Positions 32,766 through 45,301 of a DNA stretch of 64,000 nucleotides are shown in pieces. Each line of letters starts with the position of its first letter. Within the stretch, counting starts at the first letter, position 1. Below the pieces are notes generated by a model. That model was not told the DNA's origin, did not search any database, and saw only the letters and a program-made list of their open reading frames with translations. The position numbers and the translations under genes were made by a program. This DNA comes from Amoebophrya sp. A120 (taxonomy: Eukaryota > Protista > Dinoflagellata), in NCBI GenBank assembly GCA_905178155.1, contig CAJINV010000015.1:705309-769308 (forward strand), given 5' to 3'.

Positions 32766-35108
32766 CTAGTTCTGCCCTTCGTGCGCTGCAGCTGCCACTA
32801 ACCGCGGCGCCGGGAGTAGATGTTGCATTTTCACATTCGTTTCAATCCCCGGACCATTGGAGCGGTTACGGTTTCTAGTCATCACCGGCTGCGCATGATA
32901 GCGGTGCTGGTGCTGCAGCTGTTGTACTAGTGCCTTCCCTTGCTCTTGGTCGCCGTCCATTCGCTGTAGCTCTCGCTCCTGCGCGTGCGCCGCGGGCGAA
33001 CAATTTGAATGCGCCGACTCATTTACTTTCCAGGTAGGATGAGCGTCTGGGATTCGGCGAATTGGGGAGAAATTTTCCGCCTGTTGGTTTAATACTTCAT
33101 TTTCGGGTCGTTGTCGTTCAGGGTGTGTGAGAACAATAGGAGTCCTCGTGCCGCAGGAGCTGTCAGCATGATTCTGTTTCCTCGTCATGTAGAACCCTTT
33201 GTCGAAGAAGTCCTTGTGTTTTGGCACTAAACTGGAATAAAAGTTCATTTCCGGCACCTTCTGGGATCTCGTTCTTTTACTCCTGTTTTTAGAGGCTGTA
33301 CCTGTTGTAGCTGCTAGTGAGCATGAAGAAGTGCTAGCTCCTGCCGCGGCTTTTGCTCCAGCGTTGTGAATTTCGGCCCCTGGTGTTGCAGAAGCTCCTA
33401 GTCCTGCTACGATTGGTGAACTGCTGGAAAGTTCATTTTTCTGTGACCGATGAGCTGCTGCACAAAGTAGAGCGTCACGTGCGTCCTTCACCTTTCCGCG
33501 GGGCCCCAACTTGGCCTTATTGGTCGCCAAGCTCCTTGCTGCGATTTCGTTTTCGGCAGCCTCCAGCTCTTCATCGCGGTCGATGGTTCTCTCAACAAGT
33601 GGACACTTTTCATTGACATCTTCATGCCCCGACGCGTTGTTGTAACTCGCACCTGTGCTATCGTAGTTTCCGGCACCTTCGCGACCGTCCGTTCCGGACT
33701 TTTCACGGATTGATGTCGCGGTGATCACACCTTTCGGATCAAGCGTCGCGGAAGAACCACCACCCTCCATTTCACCATAGGCTTGCTGCTGCATCTGGTT
33801 CGTCCCTACAACTCCGCTCCCGCTTCGCAACCGCATCTGCCGTGCGACAAAATTGAAAATGCGCTCGTCTCGCAGCACGGCTTCCGCTGCGGCGGTCTTT
33901 TCATCTTGACAGCTGGTTCCGTGTAGAACAAGTCCGGGCTTCGTCGACGACGTTTGATGTGGCGTAGTCGTAGTTCTACCATGTTGAAAAGCCCCGTACA
34001 AGTTGTTCATCTGCAGCCTCTCCGTGCTCACAGCTCCATTACTGTTGTACACCTGCCTGGTCAGCCACTGCTGCAAACTCAGCCCGGACGGGATCGGCAG
34101 GCCGCCCAGCGAGTGCAGTTTCCACATACTGGAGGCGGTGAAGAGACCGGTCGATTTGCGGTCGCGGTGGAGAATCGCCAACGCGATGGGCTCGTCTAAG
34201 GCCGGGACTAGGTGATTTGCTGCCGAAGTGAAATCGCCCGCTGTAGTTTGCTCGTCGTCACCCTCACCTGGTACGATTTGGAAGCTGCTCATGATGGAAC
34301 TCTCTGTCGTGTGCTGCGAGCGGAAAAAGGTCGAGGTGAAAATGGAACTTTTGTCGGCATCAGCGCATGAGGAAGACCTCGGGACTCCGCCGATCTGAAG
34401 ATCCTCGAAACTCAGATCCTGTAAGTATGTATCGCATCTTCACAGGTAGAGTTTTGAGTTGGAAAAATGCAGGGTGTGTTTATTGTGTTTATTGATGTTC
34501 AAAACCGGCACTAGTAGATGAAGACGCAACTATGTATCATTTCATACCTGCGCCACCCGCAGCGTGACTTCGGCCCTTTGATATCGGTGCGCCGCGTTCC
34601 GTTCCGCCGGCTGTGTTCCAATCACAATGGTGTCGCACCACGGAGGCAATTTGTGAAGGGAAAAAGTCAGAGTGTTGCGGGAAATTTTCTGCCGCGAAGC
34701 AGGTGCTGCAGCGGAGCCGCTAGTGGTCCCGCTAGTATTTTGAAGACCGCTATCACGACCGCAATTCTCGTCAATCTCGATCCTGAAAACGTCCTTCACC
34801 TCGGGATGCTCGAGATTCCTTCTTTGGTGCCCGTGCTTGTCACAGAGAGCGAAAAGCAGTCCGATTTGCGGCAATTCATCATCGGGAAGGATGATGTTGA
34901 TGTTTTCCGGGTTGAAGTGGAAATTTTTCGGGTATTTCCACTCGATTGTGAAAGTCACCTCGCTGACGCTGTCGAGGAAACAATGGACCTCAGAAGGGAG
35001 GAGGTATTTGGAGGTTTTTTTCGCTTGTAGAACTCCGTCACGGCCAGGCGCGGAATCGTAGTGTCGCGAACGGTGAGGTCCCGTCGACGATTGCTGCGCC
35101 GCGCCCAT
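32766..35108 (-). CDS. TerD-like domain protein with long low-complexity tail (two exons, GT-AG intron approx. 34420-34546)
   Basis: NTLTFSLHKLPPWCDTIVIGT resembles the TerD E-I-VDL-xxP-xV-xIVF segment and ALAILHR..MWKLHSLG resembles the TerD ELYR..WKFxAxG segment; recognised by eye only. Confidence 0.55.
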
Positions 35109-35538
35109 CTTGAAGATAAGGGGATAGCGTATAAGCGTTCTGACACTAAAGCTGCAAGAACATGAACAGGCGGCGGAGCTGTGGATCGATACAATTGATC
35201 ATCACTCGTGTGAAGTTAATGCGAACCCGAACGGGGGTGGCTGTCTCTTCTCTAACGAGAAGGCGTCGATGCTCCTCTGCAGCTTCTCGTTGGTGTTTCG
35301 CTCATGTCGTCTCCATGCACTTCTTAATGCGAAGATGAAAGATCGACCTTTCTGAAAGGACGACCTCTAATACAAGAATCAACGAACAACGCCTCAGGTG
35401 TAGGTGACGATAATGAAAGAAGAACAGACCACAGCAGAATCTTCAAGAAAAACTACCTCCAAGCCAAAGTGCGTTCATCTATTCAACAAACTTTGCAGCT
35501 GCTTGTTCTGCATCAAGAAGAAGAACTTGTACGTACTT

Positions 35539-38507
35539 TTATTGAAACAACCTCACGATATCCCTCGAAGCCTGTTTTGACACTTTTTCGGAGTTCGAAA
35601 TCTCAGTTTCCAACCTCCTCGCCTCGGTCTGGAGCGATTCCTTGCAGTTTTTCAATTTCTGCATGGCTTCCTCGGCCCGTTTCCTAGTGGAAAGCTTCGA
35701 GTTCTTCTCCTGCGAAAGGCGCGCACGGATTTTGTCAAGGTCGAGGTTGTCCATGGCCTTCGATACCGTGGAAGCCTTTGGCCTTGCTTGCGCTGGCGGA
35801 GCAGACTGGGGAGGCTGCGTCGAATTATTCACCTTTCCTGGGTCCGACGTTTCCTTCTTGTTGGTTAATCTTAATATCCCGGTCGTCGATGAGACAACGG
35901 CAGTTTTTGCAGTGGTTTGAGTCGACAACAGCCGGAAGATTTCGTCCGCTGCCCTTTCCTCCGCTGTTGAATACGGTTGCAAAGAGGAGGCTGTGCTGCA
36001 AAAGCCGTCTTCCGAATCCTCACTCCTGCTCTGCCGCGCTGCTGGACGTCCGACTTGATTTTCCGTCAACCTTGCCACGTTTTTTCGCAGCGACTCAGCT
36101 TCAAGCACTGCGGAGCACAGCACTGCCTGCAGCTCTTCGTGAAGATTTTCAGCTGGCGTATGATGGTCGTGCTCGCTCCTGTGTAAGTCAGGTGCCGAGT
36201 CATCCGCCCTGTAGCACCTGTCTGGAAGCCGCACACCACACGGAGCGAAGCCGGAAGAAGATGGGTTCGCAGGCGGTGGATTTTCGCTGGTCCTTGTGCT
36301 TGTTCTTTCTAAACGCGGACTCGTTCTTGTCCTGTTACTGGCAAGATGATCACTCTCATCTTCCCCCTCCTCCATTCCTCCAATCCCGCAAACTACACTC
36401 TCCGCCAGCACGAACTGGTCTGCGTACATCGGCGCACAGACCACCGGCACAGAAGCCGCAATCGCTTCGTGAATCGAGGCGAAGCCGCAGTGCGTGATGA
36501 AGACGGCTTTGTGCCCGTAAGCTTCCAGGATCAAGCGTTGCGGGGCGAGGTGTTTGTAGTTTTGCTGGTGCTGTTCCAGGGATTTCAATTTCTGTTGAGT
36601 TTCTGGTAGGGCACTAGCTGCAGAAGCAGTCCTGTCTCCTCCGTCACAGCTTGTGCTGGTGCTGCCCTTCGCGTTTACGTCGCTTTGACGAAACAGAACT
36701 CCCTCGTCGTTGAGAAAGACGATGTTTTCGTAGGACGAAGACGAACAAACCGAAAAATTTCCGACTGTTTCACATTCACAACTGTTCGGCGAATAATTAT
36801 CTTCAATCTTCTCCAGGTCTCGACGACTGGCGGTGATGAGAACAACGGTCGCACCAGCGTCGACGACGTTGTATCGCTGCCCAGAAAAACCGCTACAACT
36901 GCCTTCTGGACCTGATCTCCTACCACCACCACGGCCGTAACACGCCACTAGCAACTCCAGCAGTTTTCTCGGTACCTTCGTCACCGAACCGAAAGAGACG
37001 TAGATCACTCGGGAAGCACTGCTCACCAGCTCCTGCGTTTGCTCGTCTTGGAAGATTCTGATTCTCATTGGGACGTCGGGTGGAAGCAGCTGCTGTCTAC
37101 GCGCAGTATTGACGTCGTCCCACGGCCGCGCGATCGGATCAATGCCGAGAAACACCACTTTGCCCTTCGCAGTAGAAGTCGCGGCATCTTTTGCAGTCGT
37201 GTCGCCGTCTCGGCCATGATTCATCCTCGCAGCTTTTTCTTTCTCCTCAGCTTCTTTAACCTTCCTCTGCACCGCAATCGGCGCTAGTTCCGGAACAGAG
37301 AAGCACAGCGACAAGGCCGCTCCAGTCGGCGGGAATGTCAAGTCGATCCAGCATATCAAATGCAAAGATGTCTGGGTCTGGAAGGGTGCAGATTTTTGCC
37401 ATGCTGTTTTTGCATGACCCGGAAGGTCTGGCAAGCAAGGTCTAACATCACAGGTTTTGAGAAGCTGCGTCGATGCCTAATCCGCATGACAAATCGCCTA
37501 TTTTTTCGGTGACAAAAGTGGGCAACTCTTGCTGTCTATGCATGAGAGATTTTTGTGTGGTGTGAGATGCGCATCACAAGTTCCGTCTTTCCAGACCCAG
37601 CCATTTTTGCAGGTGATACAGCACGAAACTGTGCAAATCGGATGTTTTATCCCGAGCGAGTTGGCGACGAGAGAAGCCTATGCAGTGCAAAAGTATCGTA
37701 CTCGTAGTAATCGCAGTCATGCATTACAGATTTCTTTCTCAATGTAAATCCGCATTGCAAATTCTATTTCTCATGCTGAGGAGATTTGTCATGCGATTTA
37801 TACTAGTACGATGCTTTTGCATTTCATAAAGCCCAGGGGGTCGCGACGTCGTAGAGGAAAGCAGTTGTAGACAAAGACTGGGACCACGACGTAGAGGTGG
37901 TAGTTGTAGTCTTCAGCAACGCACCAACTTCTCCTTGTGTGGATGTGGTCCTCGACGTGCCGCTAAGATGAGCATGATCTTCGTCTGCACGATTCACGAT
38001 TCCATCCGCCCACTGCAGCGCGGTGGAAAATTGCGACTCCGTTTTGATGGAATGCGCAGGAGGGGCTGGTGCAGATTCCTGTCGTGTCCTCGTGCTTGGA
38101 TCTGATATCGTGACGGACAGGTGAGCGTCGTTCTGGGCGCCCGTTCGACGAGCATCAATTCCGCACCCGGCGTCCTCAGATGCAACGACCTCCAGAAATT
38201 CGTCCCTCGCTTGTTCCGCCGTGTAATTCCCCACTTGAGAATCCGCCAGGATCATCACGTGGATGTTGGTGACGAAAAAATTGGTCCTGCGGTTATGCAA
38301 TTCCAATTGCGAGTCGCTTTTCTCTTGCGTGACAGCATCAGCAAGTCCTTTCGCTATCCGCACCAAAGGCTGCACGTGCGCGGCGGAAGCCAGGTTCACG
38401 AGGAACAGGAAATCGAAGGAGCGGGAGATGTTGGCTTGCGCGTGCCCCTGGCCCTGCTGCTCTGCAGCATCAGAAGTTGTCGTAGAAATAACCGTGGGCA
38501 TGATCAT
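35539..38507 (-). CDS. UDP-glycosyltransferase, GT1 family (3 exons)
   Basis: N-terminal AAHVQPLVRIAKGLA (GHxxP motif), VIYVSFGSV, and PSPG-type box APQRLILEAYGHKAVFITHCGFASIHEAIAASVPVVCAPMYADQF; in-frame joins across 37679..37828 and 37354..37618. Confidence 0.9.
37354..37618. mobile_element. Introner family B (265 bp)
   Basis: Family B TIRs; TSD CAGCA/CAGCA. Confidence 0.95.
37679..37828. mobile_element. Introner family C (150 bp)
   Basis: Family C TIRs; TSD AAGCC/AAGCC. Confidence 0.95.
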
Positions 38508-38545
38508 GGATCATGCAGAGCAGCAGCCACGTTGTAGATGAGCCT

Positions 38546-38929
38546 CTACTCGTTCTTCTTTTCCTCCGGTAGCTTCGGCTCTTCGCCTTGCTGCAGCTCT
38601 AGTCCCCCACCAGCAACCTCCTCTCCGCCATCTGTTAGAGCAGCACCGCCGCTTCTTGTTTTGTCTTCTCTCTCTTCATTTTTCTTCGCGATTTTCTTTC
38701 CTCGGTCGGCCAACTGTTGCATCCGGACGATTTTCGGCGGCCGCACGTGATTTACCGCTTTTCGTTGTGGGCACAGGGTGCCGGACAAGTAGCAGTCGTA
38801 CGCGTAACAAACGACGCACATCACGATCAGGCAGAGCATCAAAATGCGCATCCATAGTGGATCCGTTCCGGGGTCGATAAAACGCTCGTAAAGTCGGCTG
38901 GTGGAAGCAGTGCGGTTGGTTTTGGACAT
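38546..38929 (-). CDS. Small single-pass membrane protein (hypothetical)
   Basis: MSKTNR..LWMRILMLCLIVMCVVCYAY followed by a charged tail; stop lies 38 nt before the UGT start and out of frame with it. Confidence 0.5.
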   Translation of the reverse strand: MSKTNRTASTSRLYERFIDPGTDPLWMRILMLCLIVMCVVCYAYDCYLSGTLCPQRKAVNHVRPPKIVRMQQLADRGKKIAKKNEEREDKTRSGGAALTDGGEEVAGGGLELQQGEEPKLPEEKKNE

Positions 38930-39655
38930 GATTTTTGGTCCAGTTGTTCGGAAGTCGTGAACAATTCTTGGTGCAATTGGTCGTGGCAAGAGGATCTACA
39001 AGATGATCTCTAAGGACGGACCGGCAGTTGAAAATAAAGCTTTTCAAAAATAGAAGTCAAGTGACATTGCACGAACAACGCATGTGGTAATTCTAATTGT
39101 GCCGCGAGCGACGCTTTTATTCGCACATTATCTTCTCGCTTCGAGCATTGTCCTGCTCCGCCTCGCCCTCGTGAGCTGTCAAAAATCTATGTCGAAGAAG
39201 TTCGACTACGACTCACTCGGAACAACTCGTACCCTGTACATCGTTCAGCTACACAGAACCAGATGTGATGGCGCTGTCCTCGCGGGTTCGTACGTCTTCA
39301 TGAACAAGACCCCAAGGAGGTCGTATCAAAACAGTTTTGATTTTGAACAAGCTCTGCATGCTGGTGGCCAGTTAGAAGTAAGAACTGACTCTCAAGCTGC
39401 CTAAGTGCACCAGTGCCAGGGGTCTTCAGTGAATTGCGTTGTGATGATTTCTTTGAGATGGTACTAGCCCAGATCGCTAGTATTAAGGCATTTCAGTTTT
39501 TGTTTTGATATCCGCAAAATTGTGTGGCTCCTCAAACTAACAACGAGCGCAAGTTTCAACAAACAAGCCTAAGCCGCTCGGTTGTAGACCAGTGAAAAGT
39601 GCATACGAGGACCCTCTGCAGCTCGTCCTCCACCCCGGCACACTGCACCTCCTCA

Positions 39656-42600
39656 CTACCCGACGTTCTGCGCAATGAGGTCCGCGATCCGCTTTTCGTA
39701 ATCCTCGATGAGAAACTGCATTTGCGTCTGCACCTCGACTAATTCTTCCTCTGCAGATGTCGCCCTGACTAACAATTTCGCCCGCTCCTTTTCCATGTGC
39801 AACACCTGCTCTTCCAAATACTTGCACTGCTGTTGCAAAAACGACTGGGATTTTGGCGAAACGTCCCCACTGTTCAACTCCACCTTCCGCATCCGGTCTT
39901 CCAACTCTTCCACCCTGCTGTTCGCCGCGTCCAGCTCGACTTTCAACTTCAAGTTGTCGTCGTGGACGGATCTGGAATTGTTGTTACCATTATTGTTCTA
40001 TCAAGTGCAAAAGTGTCTGGGTCTAGAAGAGTGTAAAGTTGTCCTGCAGATTTTCCATAACCCATGAGATCTGGAATGCGGGACATAGCACGACAGACTC
40101 TGTGCGGTCTCTCTCTCTGCCATGCCTCTCCTGCATGAGAAACTCCCACCTTCCAACTTGCTTAAAAGTGGACAGCTTTTGGCACTCATACAACACACCA
40201 GGTTTTTGCATGCTTCAGATTTACCATGACAAGTTGCCACCTTCCAGACCCAGACATATTTGCAATTGATATGTTCCCGTTCTGCTTCTGCAATTCCTCC
40301 CTTAACCGCTTCACTTCATCGTGCAACAATTGCTCCTTTCGTTCCCGTTTTGGAGACACTACCGGGGAGTTCACCGTGTTGATCAATTTATCCCTTGCTT
40401 CGGACAATTTCCCCTCCAAATCCGTCACCATCTGCTTCAACTTGTCTACCTCCCATGCCTGCGCGTCGTTCGCCTGTTTAAACACGTCCGAGGGGTTTAA
40501 CTGCTTGGTTAAAGCGAGGAAACCTTTCTCCATTCCCGTTTTCACGTGCTCGAACTCCTGCTTCAACCGCTCCACTTCCAGCTCCTTCAGTTGCTTTTCC
40601 GACTTCATCAACTCCAATTCCTTTTTATTCTCGTTGAACAGCGTGTCTTTTTCGATTTTTTCCGACTGGAGGTCATTTTGCAACTTCTTCAACTTTTCCT
40701 GCTGTTCTTTCATTTCCTCCAGTTTCGAAATTTTCTCCTGCTTATCGACGATTTCCTTCTCTAATTGCTGCTTCAAAGTCGTGACCCTGTCCCTCAAATG
40801 CGTCACTTCGTCCTCCTTATTTGTCTGCATGGACTGGATGATCTCCAACTTCGTGTTCACGTCGTTGAACTTGAGTTGCAGCTGTTGGTACTTCTTTTCC
40901 AGTTCATTTTTCGCGTTCATCAAATTCAACAGCTCCACATTCGCCTCCTCGTGCTGGCCGTCCTGCTTCGCTTTATCCAGTTTCATCATGGAAATCAGCT
41001 TTTTTTGCTTCTCCAAGTCATCTTCAGTCTCCTTTAAGCGCTGTTCCAAATCCTGTTTTCTCCCCTTCAGCTCCTCGATTTCCTTTTTCTGCTTTTTCTG
41101 ATCGATCGTCAATTCCACGACTTCTTTTTCAAAATCCAACGTTTTCTGTTTTTTCGCGAAGTCCTTGTCTTCCTTCTGCTTCTCTAGTTTTTTCAACTTG
41201 TTAACCGCGTCGACGAGGTACCGGGAGGTCTTCAGTTTGTCAAACTGCGCGTCTAATCTTTGTTTCTTCAGCTGCATCACGGAGAGCAGCACCGTGTCGT
41301 ACTTCTTTTTCCTCTCTTCCAGCGATGATTGTAATTTCTGCTTCTCGTCGGTCAGTTTCGATAGTTGCGATTGAAGTTGCAACTGCTCCCCTTCGAGCGC
41401 CTGGATCCGCTTGACTTGCTCGTTCCCGGGGGTCGCAGACGCGGCGCCGTAGCCCCCGCCGCCGGCTGTCATGGCGGAACCGATGGCGCCTGGGCCGCCA
41501 TCGAGGGAGGAAGCTGTGGTGGTTGCGATTTAGAGAAAATTTTGATTTTGATGGTGGAGCAGGAACACAGGCTAGTAGATTCGTGCACGTGCAGCTGGAA
41601 CAAATCGAGCCAAAAACTATCTTCTAAATCCACTTCTGCAAATAAAACGCATTATCACAAGTGTAGTACCTTCCATCCCCCCACCCCCTCCCCTGCTCTT
41701 GAAATTCTTCAGCATCTGCAGCAATTCCCGCTTCATCGCCCGCACCAACAAGTTCGCTTTTGCGTCAAACCGCACCTATGGAAGTGTCAGGTTTGAAATC
41801 GACAAAGTTGAAACGATTTGTCATGCATAAAACGGACGCCAGTTGGAACCCAGTTTCCAAGTGGCGCATGACATAAACAGACTGTGCTACTGCGGGCGGG
41901 ACATTGTGTATCAGGTGAATTGATCAACCCGAAGACGCCGCCGCCCCGGGCCCTATGGACCTGGCACTCCCCACTATACTCCTCACACAAAACACCACCA
42001 ATACAACTGTAGGACATATCCAAGTGGCGCATGACAAGTTTTGGCGGCCCCTAAACCCAGTTTGTCATGCTGTTTAGGCAAAGAAGACTGATTTTCTGAT
42101 GCTCCTCTAGCAGCTCGAGCTCTAACCCCAAACAGGCTTACAATCGGCCTCACTTGCCTGGTCTGCAATGCACGCGCCTCGCGTCATGCATTTTATGCAT
42201 TGCAAATTATTTCAACTTTGACGATTTCAGTCCTGACGCTTCCATAGCACCGGCGCTAGTCGTATTGACCCTAACGAGTGCAACAGCTCCAGCCCCTTCG
42301 CGCTCACGCGTGGTTGATTTTGCTGCAGGCAGAGTAAGGTCGTGCAGTTCACGTTTTGTCCGTTGAAAACCTCCTTCAGCAAGTGCGTCAAGCAGCTTTT
42401 CCGCACATCGCCTACCGCATCCGGGTGGTACGAAACCGCCACGTCGTACAGATTGTACATGGATTTGAGCTATCCACTGCAAAAGAGTCGCACTTCTTGT
42501 AGCAATTGCTATCGTGCATGACAAATGTCCCTTGTTAGGTAAAATAGCATTACAAATTGCATTTTTCTTCTTGATAAAATTTGTGATGCGGTTTATACTA

Positions 42601-45301
42601 GTACGAAACTTTTGCAATGCATATGAACGCGTCAAAACCCTCCCGCAACTGCACCTGCGTCCGGTTTTCCGCCAGACAGTTCGTGGCCTGCGCTTTATCA
42701 AATGCAGAAGTGTCTGGGTCTGGAAACTTGTAATGCTACAAATGAATGGTAGACGCACTGCAGTACCCAGCTATGCATGACAAATTTCTTGACTGCCATG
42801 TCTTACGTATTCCGCATGGCAAACTGCGTTTTTTCGTGACAGGTAAGAGGGCCTTTTCGTGCCTATGCAACACAGATTCTCGAGTCATGCCAGACAAGCA
42901 TGACAAACTTGCATTCTTCCAGACCCAGACATTTTTACAGTTGATACGCTTCCAGGAGGAGCAAATTGCTGTAGATCTGCCGATCCTGTAGGATTTCCAG
43001 TTTCAAGCCCGTGGTAAGTTTCTTCTGCAACGAGGAATATCGGTTCTTCATCCCCTCGGCTAAGAAATGGAGGGCGGCTTGCTCGGCCTGTTGGGTCGAA
43101 GAAGAGGAAGAGGATGTCGCTCCACTACCACCCGATTGGAAAATCACCGGTGAAGAGCAGTTTTCCAGCACCGTTCCGTACTCCAGCGTGTCGCGACACT
43201 GGATTTTCTTCGCGGGACCACCAGACTTCGAACTGGAAGAACTGGCTGGATTGGTTCCGGCAACGACCGCTTTCGGGGTCTGGTCAGCATTATTATCCGC
43301 TGAAGCGTTTGACGACGAGGACAAACTCGCCGTGTCCACCGTCGCCAATAAGTCGCGGATGTTCTCCTCGCAGACCTCGAAAAACGACATGCGGACGAGG
43401 TACTCAAATTTCAATTTCGAGTTTTTCCGTCTTTTCTCCTTTTCCGTGATGGCTTGGAACAGGTTTTTAATCCCGAGCGCGTACAAACCATTCGCTTTTC
43501 CCGACATAATGTCCGCCTTACCGGTTTTCTCGGCGCCGAGGGTGAGGAATACCTTTTTTGGTTTTGGTGATTTTTGTGCTTTCTTGTTATCCAGAAAAAA
43601 ACACCCATCCCCATCCATTTTGCTATTTTTTCAACAAAAAAAAACCGGCTTTTTTTCAAAAAATTTTCAGGGTTGTCACCAATCGGCATCGGAAGCAATC
43701 ACTTTAATGGTGACATAGCTAAAGTGGCGTCATAGCTAGGAACTTTTGACATGAATGAAATTTGCTAGGTCCATCACAGGTCATCGCAGCAGGCGACGAC
43801 TTCCAGATCCTGCAAAAGCCTCTTTTCGCCGCCGCACATCGACTCTGGCCCCATCGCTTGGCCCATTTTGCAGTGGCCATATCGCCATGCCGCCGCGTCG
43901 CCACATGGGATGAAAGCGACGGACCTGGGATGGATTTTGACACGTGCTGTCCTTTCGGTTCGAGTGGATAATACAAATTCAGGACGGGAAGACTTTTGCT
44001 GTTCGGCAAGGCTGCCGTAGGAAAAACTTTTTGATTTTGTTTTTTTTCCAAAAAAATTTCGTTTTTGAAATTGACCTTGTTTTTGATGGATGATGTTTTT
44101 TCGCACGACGGTACCACAAATATTGGATCGACCCATCCAGTCCATTTTCTTCTAGAAATGGCTGGATGGGTCGAAGCAATATTTGTGGTACCGTCGTGCG
44201 AAAAAACATCATCCACAAATTCTAGTGTCATTTTGAAAATTGCAAGAATTCCTACTTTTTTGTGGATGATGTTTTTTCGCACGACGGTACCACAAATATT
44301 GCCTCGACCCATCCAGCCACTTCTACAAGAAAATGGACTGGATGGGTCGATCCAATATTTGTGGTGCCGTCGTGCGAAAAAACATCATCCATCAAAAAAG
44401 TGAGCATTTTCAAAAGCGTGACATTTTTTTGCGAAAAAAAAAATCGTTTTTTTTTCGTGAGCTGGAACGCAAGATCTGCTCTGCAACTATCGATGATAAT
44501 TGCGCAGCTGGTGCTGCTCCCGCTAATTTCAATGGTGCAGCCGCGGCGTTCTTGGCGAGTTCTCCGCTACCTCTGGGTATCTGTGCGTGACTGCGCCAAA
44601 AGTTCAAAACCTCCATGGGACCAGAGGTGCCCAACGACGAGAACTGGCTTCGGCGAGTTGTATTTCTCGGTCGTGGTTCGGATCTCGGTTTCAGCTAGCC
44701 ACCTTAAAATCACATAGCGAAAGTATGTGCAGCCACTGACGCCACTAGCTAGCTCCATCAGTTAGCACTTCTCGCAAATGCCATGCAAAAAATATTTCGG
44801 ATTTTTTTCTTTTTTTATTTATTTTTCATGATTTTTTTGCATTAAAAAAATGGCAAAATGGATGGGGATGGGTGTTTTTTTCTGGATACTTGTTGGAAGG
44901 GTTGTACAACAAAAGGACAAGAAAGCTCTGTCGTGGTATCCGAAGGAAAAAAATATGCATGCACAACGAAATAAACGCACCATCGGAAACGGCATTTAGC
45001 GAGAGTCTCAGCATCAACTACGACTAAGTAAATCTGTTGCAAATCATCGATCTTTCTATCATTATACCCCATTCACCCCCGCCAAACTTTCTGCTATCAG
45101 CGGATTCAGAAACGCGCTTGCGATCGAGTCTGGCGACTCGTTGTTGCTCAAACAGGCGTCCACCTTGATCTTCGTGTCTTTGGAAAGCTCCGTAGACCGA
45201 AGCGTGACGGTTTTCTCATCCGTTGTGAAAACATCTTCCGTCTGGACCAGCTCGTTCGGGCGCCGGGCCCGAATCTTCACCAAGCGGGTGATGCGCTCCA
45301 T
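39656..45301 (-). CDS. Degenerate kinesin motor domain fused to a CCDC78-like coiled-coil protein
   Basis: LVKIRARRP, LAGVNG/VFLTLGAEKTGK (P-loop), RMSFFEVCEENIRDLL, RKSCLTHLLKEVFNG; long coiled coil (ORF 40186..41472); C-terminal EKERAKLLVRATSAEEEL resembles the CCDC78 C-terminal motif as I recall it. Confidence 0.85.
39999..40271. mobile_element. Introner family B (273 bp)
   Basis: Family B TIRs; TSD TGTTC/TGTTC. Confidence 0.95.
41777..42246. mobile_element. Introner family G (470 bp) carrying a nested 145-bp insert
   Basis: Family G TIRs; TSD GCACC/GCACC; insert 41874..42018 flanked by an 18-bp direct repeat. Confidence 0.92.
42471..42623. mobile_element. Introner family C (153 bp)
   Basis: TATCCACTGCAAAAG / CTTTTGCAATGCATA; flanks TGAGC/TGAAC. 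Confidence 0.88.
42696..42946. mobile_element. Introner family B (251 bp)
   Basis: Family B TIRs; TSD CGCTT/CGCTT. Confidence 0.95.
43588..44888. mobile_element. 1301-bp non-autonomous TIR element, copy 2, inside a GT-AG intron of the kinesin gene
   Basis: Perfect TIR TATCCAGAAAAAAACACCCATCCCCATCCATTTTGC at both ends; TSD CTTGT/CTTGT. Confidence 0.95.

Noticed and set aside
40226-41101. Long plus-strand ORFs (also 15592..16620, 35778..36497, 43011..43718)
   Set aside because: Antisense shadows of minus-strand coding exons with recognisable or coherent products.
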